64,000 nucleotides of DNA from Azolla caroliniana (Eukaryota; Plantae; Polypodiophyta). Position 1 is the first letter of the stretch. Every line of letters begins with the position of its first letter. The stretch covers positions 1,984,001 through 2,048,000 of the forward strand of contig JBHGNT010000016.1 of the NCBI GenBank assembly GCA_043228905.1, written 5' to 3'. Position numbers and translations under genes: made by a program. The notes beneath the pieces are model-generated. The model saw only the letters and a list, made by a program, of their open reading frames with translations. It was not told where the DNA came from and ran no database searches. This document shows positions 1 to 12,500 of the stretch, piece after piece.

Positions 1-66
1 ACACTTAAAAGTCCATTGTAGATCTCCTTTAAACATCACCTTCATGACGAGGAATATTTATAAAAT

Positions 67-2151
67 TTAACCACAATGCTTTTCCTCTTCTACCATTTTA
101 AGCACAAAGTTTTTAAGTATGTCTTCACTATAAGAACCTTCTTTGTGTGCAATAGAAAATGTAGAAAATGAATCAACATGGATAGTCTTCTTTAAAGCAA
201 AATTTCTCGCTCTTAAGGACTCGATTATATCAGCATCCTCCTCCATACCAGCAGCAGCATAAATACTACCCATAAGAACATATGCAGCCGCAAGATTATT
301 ATCCAAATGTATAGCTTGATCAAAGGCCAGCCTTCCAAGTTTCACCTTTCCCCATTTTCTACAAGCACTCAATAGTGCAACCCAAACGGAAGAGTGATCA
401 GAAGATGACATTGTCTTAATAACAGACATCGCCTTCTCAAAACGCCCTGCACAACCGAAAATAACTACCATGCAAGTGTGATGCTCTAGCTTTGGTGTAA
501 TGTGATACTTCGTATACATACTCTCATAATGTATTTGGGCCTCATCCAATTTCCCCGAGTGGCTACATGCAGTCAACACGCATAAGAACGTTATCTCATT
601 CGGTGAGAGACCATCTCTTTGAATCCTTGTAAAACAATTCAACGCCTCTTCACCTGTGCCTTTGTTGGCATACCCTGCGATGAGTGCATTCCATGAGATT
701 ATATTCCGGAATGGAAGCTCTTCAACTAATTTCTCAGCTTTTGAAAGATACCCACATTTGGCATACATGTCTACTAATGCATTTCCTAGTGCAATGTTTT
801 CCTCTAGCAAGCCTCTACTCACAATCTCATTGTGAAGTTGTTTCCCCTTGTCAATAGCTCCCACGCTACCACATGCATTCAAAATGCATGTGAATGTGAC
901 ATTGTTCGGAGAGACGCCTTCTCTTTGCATTTGTGCATAACAATTCAATGCTTCATGTGCTTGTCCATTTTTGGTATACCCAGAGATTAGTGTGGACCAG
1001 GAGACAACATTCTTAAAACGGAGACCTCTAAGTACTCGTTGAGATTTTTCAAGACAACCACATTTGACATACATATCTACCAAAGCATTTCCAAGCTCAA
1101 TGTTTTTCTCTAACAGACCATTGTTGGCAATCTCGTTGTGAATTTTTTCACCCTCATCAATGGCTCCTATGCTCCCACATGCCTTCAAGATGGAAGTGAA
1201 TGTGATCTCATTTGGTGAGAGGCCCTCTCTCTGCATTTGGGCAAAGCAATCCAATGCTTGGCGACCATGTCCATGTTGGACATACCCAGAAATTAGTGCT
1301 GACCAAGTGACCACATTTCGAATAGGAAGCTCTTCTAGTACTTTTCTTGCCTTTGCAAGCAGGCCACATTTGGCATACATATCAACCAATGCATTGCCGA
1401 GAAAAGCGTTACCATGCAAAAGAAGTCCTCTATCAACAATCTCTTCATGAATTTGTTTTCCTTTATCAATAGCTCCAATGCTAGCAGACGCCCTGAGGAT
1501 ACAAAGGAAAGTGACTTCATTTGCAGAGATGTTCTCCCGACGCATTGATTGGTAACAGTCGAGGGCAGCCTCACAGTGCTCGTGTCTGGCATACCCTGCA
1601 ATGAGGGCATTCCAAGAGACCGTGTTTCGAATCGGAATATCTTCTAGAATGTCACGCGCTTTCTTGAGTAAACCACATTTAGCATACATATCCACCAAAG
1701 CATTACTGACCATGACATTTTTATGCAAAATTCCTCTTTCGACAACATTGTCATGGATTTCTTGACCTTTTTTTATCGCGCCAATGCTTCCACAGGCCTT
1801 GAGAATTGAAGTGAAAGTGACATCATCAGGAACAAGACCATCTTCTCTTTGCATTCTTTCAAAGCAAATGAGAGCTTGATGGCCATGGCCATGTTGAGCA
1901 TATCCAGAAATGAGCGCAGACCAAATGACGACATCTCGGTTTGGAATTTCTTCTAGTATTTGATGCGCTTTTGCAAGCATGCCACATTTAGCATACATAT
2001 CGATCAATTTGCCAGCTATGTAAGGACTCTTTTCAAGCAATCCTTTCCTCATTACATGATCGTGAAGTATGGTGCCCCTATCTAGGTCTTTCTTCTTTGC
2101 ACAAGATTTGAGTAATTCAATTACCATGTAATCTTGGTTGGAATTTCTCAT
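67..2151 (-). CDS. PLS-class pentatricopeptide repeat protein with E domain and no DYW (organellar RNA-editing factor type)
   Basis: Uninterrupted ORF with repeating P-L-S triplets (NALVDMYAKCG / VVTWSALISGY / TFTSILKAC). It ends in an E domain (VWVALLSACRKWG...AYVLMGSIYA). The first in-frame ATG is at 2151; the ORF track starts at a TTG at 2178. A short upstream exon is possible. Confidence 0.93.
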   Translation of the reverse strand: MRNSNQDYMVIELLKSCAKKKDLDRGTILHDHVMRKGLLEKSPYIAGKLIDMYAKCGMLAKAHQILEEIPNRDVVIWSALISGYAQHGHGHQALICFERMQREDGLVPDDVTFTSILKACGSIGAIKKGQEIHDNVVERGILHKNVMVSNALVDMYAKCGLLKKARDILEDIPIRNTVSWNALIAGYARHEHCEAALDCYQSMRRENISANEVTFLCILRASASIGAIDKGKQIHEEIVDRGLLLHGNAFLGNALVDMYAKCGLLAKARKVLEELPIRNVVTWSALISGYVQHGHGRQALDCFAQMQREGLSPNEITFTSILKACGSIGAIDEGEKIHNEIANNGLLEKNIELGNALVDMYVKCGCLEKSQRVLRGLRFKNVVSWSTLISGYTKNGQAHEALNCYAQMQREGVSPNNVTFTCILNACGSVGAIDKGKQLHNEIVSRGLLEENIALGNALVDMYAKCGYLSKAEKLVEELPFRNIISWNALIAGYANKGTGEEALNCFTRIQRDGLSPNEITFLCVLTACSHSGKLDEAQIHYESMYTKYHITPKLEHHTCMVVIFGCAGRFEKAMSVIKTMSSSDHSSVWVALLSACRKWGKVKLGRLAFDQAIHLDNNLAAAYVLMGSIYAAAGMEEDADIIESLRARNFALKKTIHVDSFSTFSIAHKEGSYSEDILKNFVLKMVEEEKHCG

Positions 2152-2454
2152 ACTTTTTCCTTTGCCATTCACGGTCAAATTGTTTTGAGATCTCTGAATT
2201 TATATTGCTTTAGAATTTATTTTTTTCTTTTCTCCTAATATATTGCAATCATTTTCCTGTTCGTAGGGATTTATCTCCAGATTTTGCAGGTACCCGTGAA
2301 TGGTTTGCATCCATACTTCAAACAGAGAAAAGGTGGAAACATTTAAGGTGGGTTTTTCTCGTTTTGGATGATCTGAACCTTAACCAAAGAAAGAAATCTA
2401 AGAATCCTCGGTTTAGCCATCAGATCAGAAACAGAGTTGTTTACATGTGAAGAG

Positions 2455-2515
2455 AATATGTTCGTTGGTAAGATTGTCTAATGGAGACCAAAAGGTCATG
2501 GGTTCAATCCCTACA
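2455..2515 (+). mobile_element. tRNA-like SINE head (degenerate)
   Basis: An A-box-like TTGGTAAG is followed by AAGGTCATGGGTTCAATCCC (B-box/T-arm-like). No complete cloverleaf is present. Confidence 0.4.
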
Positions 2516-3149
2516 TTCGTTCATTGGCATCTAGTACATTTAAGAGGATATGTATGGAGTGATAGAGAGGTGTGTAAGTTGGCTTTTAAACCCCAAAGTC
2601 CTAGGATTAGTAATCTACCACTAGGATATGCTAATGTCAATAATAATAAAACTAAGAGAGAAGGTGTGGATAAGCGGATGAGAGAAGAACTTATGGGCAG
2701 ACCAAATCATATGGATTCTATTTGGGGATGATTTGGATATGAATAAATAGAGCAGAGCGAAAAGATGTGAGGGGCCTAACTATAACCTATCCCTGCTTCT
2801 TAGGCAAGACGTTGTGTCGTTGGTAATGTGTTGTCAAGGTCTTGGGGAGTATGGCATAATTGGTGCATGCGGAATGCCTTTGTGTTTCATGCTCGTATGA
2901 GGTTGAAAGACATATTTGATTATTAAAAGGCATATTGGTATGGAAATTTCAAGGACACTAGAGGAGGAATTAGGGATTTATAGGTTGGCAAGGCATCATG
3001 TGTATCATTTGCATTGGCCTTTATCACGTGGGACTATATATGTCCGCCATTTATTTAGAAATTAACGAGGGATGTCATCAAAACCCTTGATTGATTGATT
3101 TTGTGGTAAGTTGATACGATATCATATTCCATATATTATAATTCGACAT

Positions 3150-5150
3150 TGTAAGGATATAACTCGATATCTTGAAGGCATATGATCATGTAAGTTGGTC
3201 TTTTATTACTCAACTTATGTCTCATTTGGGTTTTGGTGAAAGGATGTCTCGGCTCTCTTTGATGTTGGAGATAGGTACACTGTTACATGTTATGTTAAAT
3301 GTTGGAGTTACTAATATGATACCATTGACAATGTCGCTCAGACAAGGATGCCCATTGAGTGCATTATTATTTGCAATTACTACACACCTCATTTTGGTGA
3401 AGATGTAGGAGTTGGGAACATTTAGGAAAATAATTGATTGGACTAGCTCTACCATCCGGGAAACAATTTATAGCTCAAGCATTGGCAAATGATACGTTTT
3501 TATTTCTCAAAGTGATACCTAATAATATGGCTAAAGCCATGGAGGTGTGGAATGTGTTTGCATTGGTGTCAAGATTACATGTTAATATGTGGAAGTCAAT
3601 GCCCATTAGATGCACGAAGAGTGATTTGGTTTATCTTAGATGGTGTGGCCAAATATTGGATCAAGGGAATGCATGTTGGCACTTAGGTGCCCTATTGGTG
3701 TTGATATCTCACCGTCTCAAACTTTGAATTGGATATCAAGGACTATTTTAGACAAGTTCATTAAGGAAGTCTCAAGCTTGGCCATTTAGTACTCGTCTCA
3801 AAGTGGTACAAGGTATAATGATTCCAATAATTTCTTATTTTTTGTCATTATTACCTTGGATAAAGAAATCACTTGATCAATTAGCTCGTTCATTTAAATA
3901 TACATTGTGGAAGAAAGAGCCGAAAATTGGTATGAGTTGGGTATCATGGAACAGTATATGTACCCCAAAACAATTAGGGGGAGCTCCATTATTAAATTTA
4001 GAAGATCATTATGGTGGCTCAAAGATTCAATCTTTTAAAAGGTATGTGCATAGGTACCTAACCTTGGGTAGAAATACTTGGGTTTTTTGTGGAAAAAGTT
4101 GACATATTCCATGAGAAAACGAGAATTACAACCTCGTGGTGGCATGTTGTTAATAGTACTCGTTCATTTAAATGTTAAGAATCTATTATGGTTCAACAAT
4201 TAGTGATTTCCGAGCAACTATGTTTGAAATTGTTTAATTCGAGATCCCCTGAATGCAGAAAAGATAGTAATTATTTGGCACTTGAGGTGTTGACAGCATC
4301 AAGGGTATTACATTTGGATGGAAATGAAAGTCTAAACTCACAGTTCAAGCGAATGGCAAGGTTGGGCTTGGTAACTGTGGAAGATGCTATCTTAGAGTCA
4401 CGTAGGACAATGATGGCCTTTTGAATAGTCTAAAATTAGTGATTTCCGGGCAACTATGTTTGAAATTGTTTAATTCGAGATCCCCTGAATGCAGAAAAGA
4501 TAGTAATTATTTGGCACTTGAGGTGTTGACAGCATCAAGGGTATTACATTTGGATGGAAATGAAAGTCTAAACTCACAGTTCAAGTGAATGGCAAGGTTG
4601 GGCTTGGTAACTGTGGAAGATGCTATCTTAGAGTCACGTAGGACAATGATGGCCTTTTGAATAGTCTAAAATAAGTTTTGTATACTACGTGGATATGGGT
4701 ATATTTCACAATCAATATTGGCATTGCCTAGTTTAGTTTTCCCAATTCTAGAGTTTGTGATCGAGGAACCATGGAAAGATTGGTCATTTTGTATTGGAAA
4801 ATCGATATTTGTGGTGCACACTAATGATGTATACCATAAGTTGGTTGAAGATAGAGCTTACTTAGCAAATAAGGTTTTGGATACATGGTACATTACTCGA
4901 CATGTAAAGTGGTGGCATCAAGTTTTAGATGCAAGATGGCAGTCTCACCTTCCATTTCATGCACAGGTGTTTCTTTGGGATGCAATGGTTGGGTGCCTTT
5001 GCCTTTGGTGATGACTTTAAAACAAAGACATTTCGAATGGGACATGTTTTTCCTATAGAGTGGGTGATAAAGATGCCAAACATAGGTACATTACATGTCT
5101 AGTTGCTAAAGCCATTTGGGTGGTTATATCACAATTTTGGGAGAGGGCTT
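3150..5150 (+). mobile_element. Degenerate, 5'-truncated non-LTR (LINE/L1-like) retrotransposon, RT to zf-RVT region
   Basis: Frameshifted fragments read KAYDHVSWSF, SLRQGCPLSALLF, LANDT (decayed F/YADD), VSWNSICTPKQLGG and VFLW...C. There are many stop codons. Confidence 0.88.
4198..4671 (+). repeat. 236-bp tandem duplication inside the LINE remnant
   Basis: AATTAGTGATTTCC...GAATAGTCTAAAA occurs at 4198 and again at 4434, nearly identical. Confidence 0.92.
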
Positions 5151-5558
5151 TAAATATATTCAACCCATGAATGTATGTGTTGGGGAATTTTGAAAAGAGG
5201 AGGTATTTAGCCTCTCGAAATCACTACTATGTTTTTTAACTGCTCTATTTAACTTCCCTGGGTCATCACTCTGTTTTTTATATGACGGCCAAAGAGAGGA
5301 TTCATCTACAATCTAACTATTAAGTGTACACTTCTCATGCAATGAAATCGATGCATAGCATGATTGTGATATTTGAGGAAAAGCTCATGTATGATTCATA
5401 AAGTCATCGATGTGTTCATAGATGGGTGGCAAATGATGCACCTGATCTGATTTCAAAGCTCAACATCATTGACAATACAATCCAGACATTCCACAATCCA
5501 ACACTAGGCCAAACTCAAAACACAAACTTCACAAGCAATATATTTGTTGAATTCAACA

Positions 5559-5774
5559 TGAATACAACTGCAAAAACATCAATGGTATACTTTTTCAAAT
5601 GGATATTGAGCAATAAGCTATCGCCTAATTAGCCCTAAGCAATGTATCTCACATCTGGTGGTTGTTGAATACAACTGCAAAAACATAGATGGTACATTTT
5701 TTCATATGGATATTGAGCAGTAAGCTAACGACTCGTGAGCCCTAAGCAATGTATCTCACATCTGGTGGTTGTTG
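5559..5774 (+). repeat. Tandem duplication of about 107 bp
   Basis: TGAATACAACTGCAAAAACAT...CACATCTGGTGGTTGTTG occurs twice with a few substitutions. Confidence 0.85.
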
Positions 5775-6509
5775 CCCATGATTCTAAAACATCATTAACG
5801 TGGAAAATGATAAAACCAAGAATGTTTCGTTCACTATAAGGGAATGGGGAATAATAAAAGAAAAGCAAAGATACTGACAGTCAATCTTAGCTGTGTTAGT
5901 GGCCTTCCAATAAGCATTTTAGCTACAAGGTTAGTTCTTGCACTGTCTCATTGATCGGTCCAGTTTACTCTGTAGGCAAGTCACTTCCACCCCGAATATG
6001 TGAAAAGTTATCTCTCTACAGCCTCCTGATTGCTAATAGATGGTTTGGGTTGTTGACTGGTTTGTCAATAGGTCAGAAGGCATTCATTCTCCCGATAAAA
6101 ATCAATGCAGCCCTCTTTATTTTTAATATTTCTGTGGCTCTCTTTTCTGTGACCTCTTCTCAAAACTCGCCCATACTTTTTATTGATAGCTTGAATCAGT
6201 TTTATTACATCTGCATCTGAATCAGTTTTACAACTATCTGCAAGATCTATTACTCTTTTTGGAGTAAAGAATGTATTAGAAACTTGAGTACTTTACATGC
6301 AACTTACAAGGTTAATATACAATAGGTAAAACTAAAGCTATATAGAGATGCTTCATGGCTCAGCTTATTTTCTAAGCAATCAAGCCTTCAATTGATTCTG
6401 CGAGGATAGCCATGTAGCATTATTATACAAGTTCTTCCACGTGTATTTACAAGAAACAGTATTTTAAGTTGATGACAAATCGCTCCACACCACAAAATAT
6501 ACAGCACAA

Positions 6510-9500
6510 TCATGCCCCAAGAAAGCTTGGGGTATCTCGTTGATGATAAGACTTCCTTGCTTGCTTTGTATAAGACGATGACTTTTTATCCATATATACA
6601 TTCAATTTCTCTTTGTGAATGCTCTTGCTCGGCCTTGAAGCTTTGCGAGACATAAATATTTTATGGTTTACTCTACTCTTTCTCTTGTCAGCCATTCCTG
6701 CTAAAACAAATAACTTTTGGGAAAGTTCGTTGTTCCCCAACCTCTCTTCCACCAATGCAGCCTCCTAAAAATAAGTGAACATCAATGAGTTAAATGATTC
6801 AGTTCAATCACTTTAATTAGAAAAATGAATGTAGCCTTCTGAAAATATTTCAAGGTCAATTTCTAAATTAGTACAAAATTTAATGGAAACTTGATTAACT
6901 GTAGGTGAAAATTTTACCATTAGGGCTGCAGCATTTTCAGGGTCAATACGAAGGGCCTTTCGTAAAAGCCTCTGTGAAGCAACCAAGTTTCCCAATTTCC
7001 TCTCCATTTTTGCATAAGCCTGACAAGACGAATCAGAGATTTTCAACAACAAACAAAATTATAGTTCTTGAATGGACATTATACATTAGCCACAAAAGTA
7101 TGTATTATCTACACAAATATAGTTAAATCTACAAACATTCTGTGACTTACTTGAATGGGAATTAGCCACAGAAATAGGCATTATCTACACCAAAATAGTA
7201 AAAATATAAAAACGTTTTGTGACTTACTTGAATGGACACTATACACGAGTCATCCAACTCAATACATTTTTCGAAAAGTTCCCGTGCTTTGTCATAATTT
7301 CCCGACGCATCCTCCATGACCGCCCAGGCCTACAAAGAGCATTCCATTTTTTATGAGATAATTCCTTATTTTCACTTTCCTTACAGATAAACCATTGTCG
7401 TAGCAGATATTTGGTTTGGCCTCTACATTTAATTGCATGCCTATGTCATCACATTCTCATCAGACTGTGTAGCCAGCTTCTTAGTGATGGCAGATGGTCA
7501 GTTAGAGATGGTGGTTCCACCCATAGTTATTAAAAAACGCGTATTGTACGTTTAGAATACTCTGAAGTATTCTACACGTATTCTATGTTATAGAACTGCC
7601 GTTTTTAAAATTTGACGTATTCTACATATTCTACGAATTTAACAAGTATTTATCATTTCAAAAAAGTTTTAAAATTTTTTAATTTTAATTATTATTTTTT
7701 TGAAAAAAATACTTTAAATTTTAAGAAGCATTTATCGTATTTTACAAGTATTCTACACGTAATCTAAGTATTCTACACGCATTCTAAGTATTTAATGTAT
7801 TTTACATATTTTATCTATAAAACATGAATTCTAAGTATTTAAAAAAAAAAGGTCGAATACTTGTACAATACTTAGCATACGTATTCTACACGTATGTATG
7901 CTAAGTATTCTACAACAATGGTTCCACATATAGACATCCTCAAACGAATATCCCTTATAAACGAAAAAAAGAGATGAGAGTAAACGTTCAGGAATTCTTA
8001 GCTATCAGCTCACGAAGGGTTAACACAAGGATTACCATTGTAAACAAGATGAGATTGAATTCAAGTAAGATCCTAATAGTGTGTGCAGCTGAGGAATGTC
8101 CCCAAAGCTCCCTGTGTGGTTGATTAACATAGGCCATATGGCCTACCAGACCAAGTGATCAGGTGCACTGGACTACAATCAATGTTCTGGAAATTCCAAA
8201 TTGTGTTAACTTTACAAGTAGGATCACGATGATTATGCTAAGCACATGTATCAGCCAGGTGCCTCCAATGTGCATCATTGACAGCCAAAAGAAGAATTTT
8301 TAAAATATTTGTAGAACCTGAGATATGCTCAGAATTTATTAAGGAAGGCTGAATAAAGAACAGAATGCAGGTATGATTTCATGTAAAATATATGGAAGGT
8401 AAGTGCAAAGTCAGCTGATAAGAGTGAACATATCTCCTATATATTTTATTGGATACAAAGAAATATGATAAGCATTGGGATCAGCATATTAAGATGTGAT
8501 GAGCTTTGATCAAGGTAACCTAACTTTACAAGAAAAGCATATCACCTTGCACTATAGCGACAGTATATGCTACCATTTTAGTTTTTTTGTTATGAAACAT
8601 ATGTGTAATAACTAAGGTATAGCCACATAGCACATCTGGCAATACAAGCCCTATGTTTTAACGAACAATCAAAAGCATATTTAATTGCTAGATTTGCTGT
8701 TTTTAAAGATAATGAGAGATCATGAGTGAATCAACTTAAAATACAATGGAAAGCAAAAAATATATGTTTTCCCTTGAGAGCAGGATAAAGTATTTTATTC
8801 TAAAGACAAAATTTGCTTGAGTTTTATGTGCATAGGTAATTTTATTTACAAATGGTTATTTTTCTGGTTACTCTAACTGTTATTTAATAATATTGAATAA
8901 TTTACCTGCCAAGAATGTAGATTTTGAGCATCTGCTTGAATGCAGCGCTGAAACAAAGACCTCGCGATTTCTTTGGATTCAGCTGTACCAATAAGTGCTT
9001 CTTTACATGCCCAAGCCTAAAAAACAACTTAACATTGTAAATTATTATACATCGGATTGACACAAAAGAGCATTAGAAGATGAAGAAAGAATGTTCCCGA
9101 ATAGTAAAAGAAATACAAGGCAGTATACCTGCAAAGAATAAACATTTTTTGGATCAATCTCAAGTGCCTGCCGAAAAAGCTGACGCATTTTCTGTTGTTT
9201 CCCTTGCCTATTCTCAAATAACGCCCATGCCTTCAATACATAAGCTACTGGTTATCAGGTGATAAAATCATCAAATGTGTACAGAAACTATTATATACAT
9301 ATTTTTCTGTGTATACACACACGTGTGTGTTTAATGGGAACTTATATGGTAAGGATATGACATCATTAAAAAGAATCCTTACATGCCAGCATTTTACATC
9401 TTTTGGATTTGCTTTGACAGCAAGCCTAAAATGATGGCGAGCTACACCCCAATTATGTGCCTTGGCTTCAAGAAGAGCACGTGATTGATGTATAACAGCA

Positions 9501-12500
9501 TTTCCAGGCTGAATTTCTGCTGCCCTGGAAAGCAAGTCTCGTGCTTCTTTCCAATTCCCAAGCTGCTCCTCAAGTCGAGCCCAAGCATGCAATCCATATA
9601 CAGCAGCTCCTTGAACCATGTCAGGAGAGGCTTCTTCTGCCTGTATGACTCCCAAATGAAGAATTACAACATATACGATAATTGTGAATCAAACACAATA
9701 GCAATGTCGTATCACTTTGCCAAACCCACAAGGCAGTTTTTTTGTTGTATTCATCACTCACTCACCTTCTTAGCAGCATCAATTGATTCCATAAATAAAA
9801 CACGTGCCCGTTTTGCATTTCTTCCATGTGCCTCGATGGATCCCAAGGCCTGCAAGGCTCGGATATAGTCATAACCCAAGTTTTGCTGCTTTTCAAAGAC
9901 AGCAATTGCTTGCGCATACAGACCTCCAGCTGTCACAAAGTCCCCTGCACAAGAAATAAAGCCACGGATGCATTTATACCATTTGTCATTTGACGGTCAT
10001 ACTCTTTCTAACTGATAGACTGATTATCTCCTACGGAAGAAAAAGGATATGAATTTGCTGCAAAAGTAATACTTTGCAGGTTTTATAATCAACCATCGAC
10101 ACAGAAGGCCCAAGAGACGTTAAACGCAAAGAATCTAAAGTCCCATGGCTACTCTTGACAGCTTTATTTTCCAGTATATGGACAGTATAACCCCATGGCA
10201 TATTTCCACAATCTTGAAAGAGTATAAAGACAAGTCATAGCTTTACTACCATATCTTTTTCAAGACATGTTACCTAACCAGACTGTGATAGGTGGTACAC
10301 GATGGTCAGACAGCCAAGGCATATTTTCACAATTTGGACAGAGATATAAAGACAACATTCCAACCAGATCTTCCTCAAGACATGTTACCTAGCCAGACTA
10401 CTGTAGATAGAGGTGGTACATGATGGCCTGACAGTGATCTCTAGACACCAATGATTAAATGTTATAAGAATTTGGGCGTAGATAGCTGGTAAAGAAGCTG
10501 TTTACTAAACCTTCTATATTTGGTTAAAACATAATAGTAAAGTAAAACAGCATATAATTATCAATAAGGAAGGCAAGTCTAGATTAAAAATATTTGGTAA
10601 AGGGTAGAAGCTTTGAAGAGTTCAAAATAAAGCAATATGGTAGACAATTATCCTTGCTAATTCTGGAACGGAAACAGAAACCAAATAAACTAGCCCTAGC
10701 CTTAGTTGCAATGAAATAAAAGAATGACAGCTATAGAAATAAGCTTTACCACGTTGTCTTTCAACATAGGCATACTCAACAAGGACATCAGAATCATGTG
10801 GATACTGATCATAAAGCTGCAAGAAAGAGCATAAGAGGTTATTTCAATTATATTCGTGGTATCGAAACCATCTTAAATTTCTCGGAATGTACCTGTTTGG
10901 CAAGCACTTTTGCAGCGACGATGTCTTTTTTGGAAATCATACGACGTAACATTTTCAAGCCCATCTTTAATTCATTCATGGTTCTAACACATGGCTCGTC
11001 AGATATGCTTTTACCATCATTATTTGGCCTTGACAAACTTATGGGCTTCTTAATAATTAGGGTGGATGAGGTGCTTCTAGCTTTATTAGCAACATCTGCT
11101 GCATCTTCATTCCACAAGTATTCTGACTTGGGAGACGGCAGGGGGATCATTTGTGCTTCATTCATAGATGGTTTTCTGTTTAACAAGGAAGGTTCATCAG
11201 ATGTCTGTGATTGCTCTTTATATGATATATTTTGCGGAAGTATCACGTCTGCACTCTGTACGTTCTTATTGAAAGTTGAGGATATGCCCATAGGTTTTTC
11301 AGCATCAAGTAAAAAATTAGTGGAACTGATGATTTCATTGACACTACATTGAATTGCCACTTCTTCCGAATTATCTTTACTCTTAGGATTTGCATCTCCT
11401 AGTGTCCAGCCCAACTTATTTCTGAATTCCTTATCAAAACCTTGTAAGACCCTTACCTGAAAAATGCAAAGTACATACATCATGTTAGAAACAAGCAAAC
11501 ACAACCATTTCCAAGATTTCTACGTCATTTGAATATGACTTCCAAAGTATCGTCCAGATGGCAACAGATACTACTACTAAACCATTTCTAATATATATGT
11601 TAGATCTTTAAGCTAAAATGTGTCTAATTTATATTTGTACGTCATAATGCTGGAATATATCAAACTCATGTGTTAGATCTCAATAAGTAACAACTAACCT
11701 GCTTTTTGAACTCTGCAAATTCTTCAGCACTAACTGATCCGTCCCTATTTGTGTCAACAAGTTGCATGAGTTCATGAGCTTCACGCTTATCAGCTCCTAG
11801 TTCACCCAGGACTTGCTGGAATTCGGTCATGCTTATTTCTCCGTCATTATTCTTATCAAACATCATGAATACTTGATCTTCTGCAGCCTGAGACTTCACC
11901 AGTGAAACCTCGCCAGTGAGTTCCTTGAGAGATAATGCTGCACGATCCGCAGCAGCCATCATCAATTTTTTCAGTTGTTGAACCTGAAATTTGTGACATA
12001 TGTTGATTTTGATTCACAACTCTTGTAAGGATTAAGCATATAAATATATAAAAAGTTAGAGAATGTTTAGACCTGTTCAGGATCTGTGAGGCCTCCTTTA
12101 TATAGAGAATGTGATGCATCACCATCATTAGCAATAAAATCCATGGTTGAAGTGCGAATTTGCAGTTCCATCGTGGGTTGTTTAAGGTCTGAAGTGCCAA
12201 GGTGGACAGCCACATGAAGACTCTTATACCCATTTGGTTTTGGCTTAGAAATGTAGTCCTTCAGCCTCCCAGGGATCTCTTTCCAAATGGACATCACAAT
12301 CTCAAGCACCCTGTAGCATGCCTCCTCCCCTCTCTTCATAGCTTCATACTCATCCAAATTTGTTTGAGGTTTAACTACAATCCTCAACCCCATGATATCA
12401 TATATCTCTTCTGGCTTCCGACCATCCTTCAATAATTTTTTCATTGTGCTAAACCTACTTTTTAGTCGAGCAGATAGTGTAAAATCCTCAATCAAAGTTT

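Noticed and set aside
6510-11504. HAT/TPR exons as a separate HCF107-like gene
   Set aside because: The intron after the EF-hand exon is only about 240 bp and phase-compatible. The next exon begins with CRSH-tail-like sequence and has no transit peptide or promoter space, so a single fused gene fits better.
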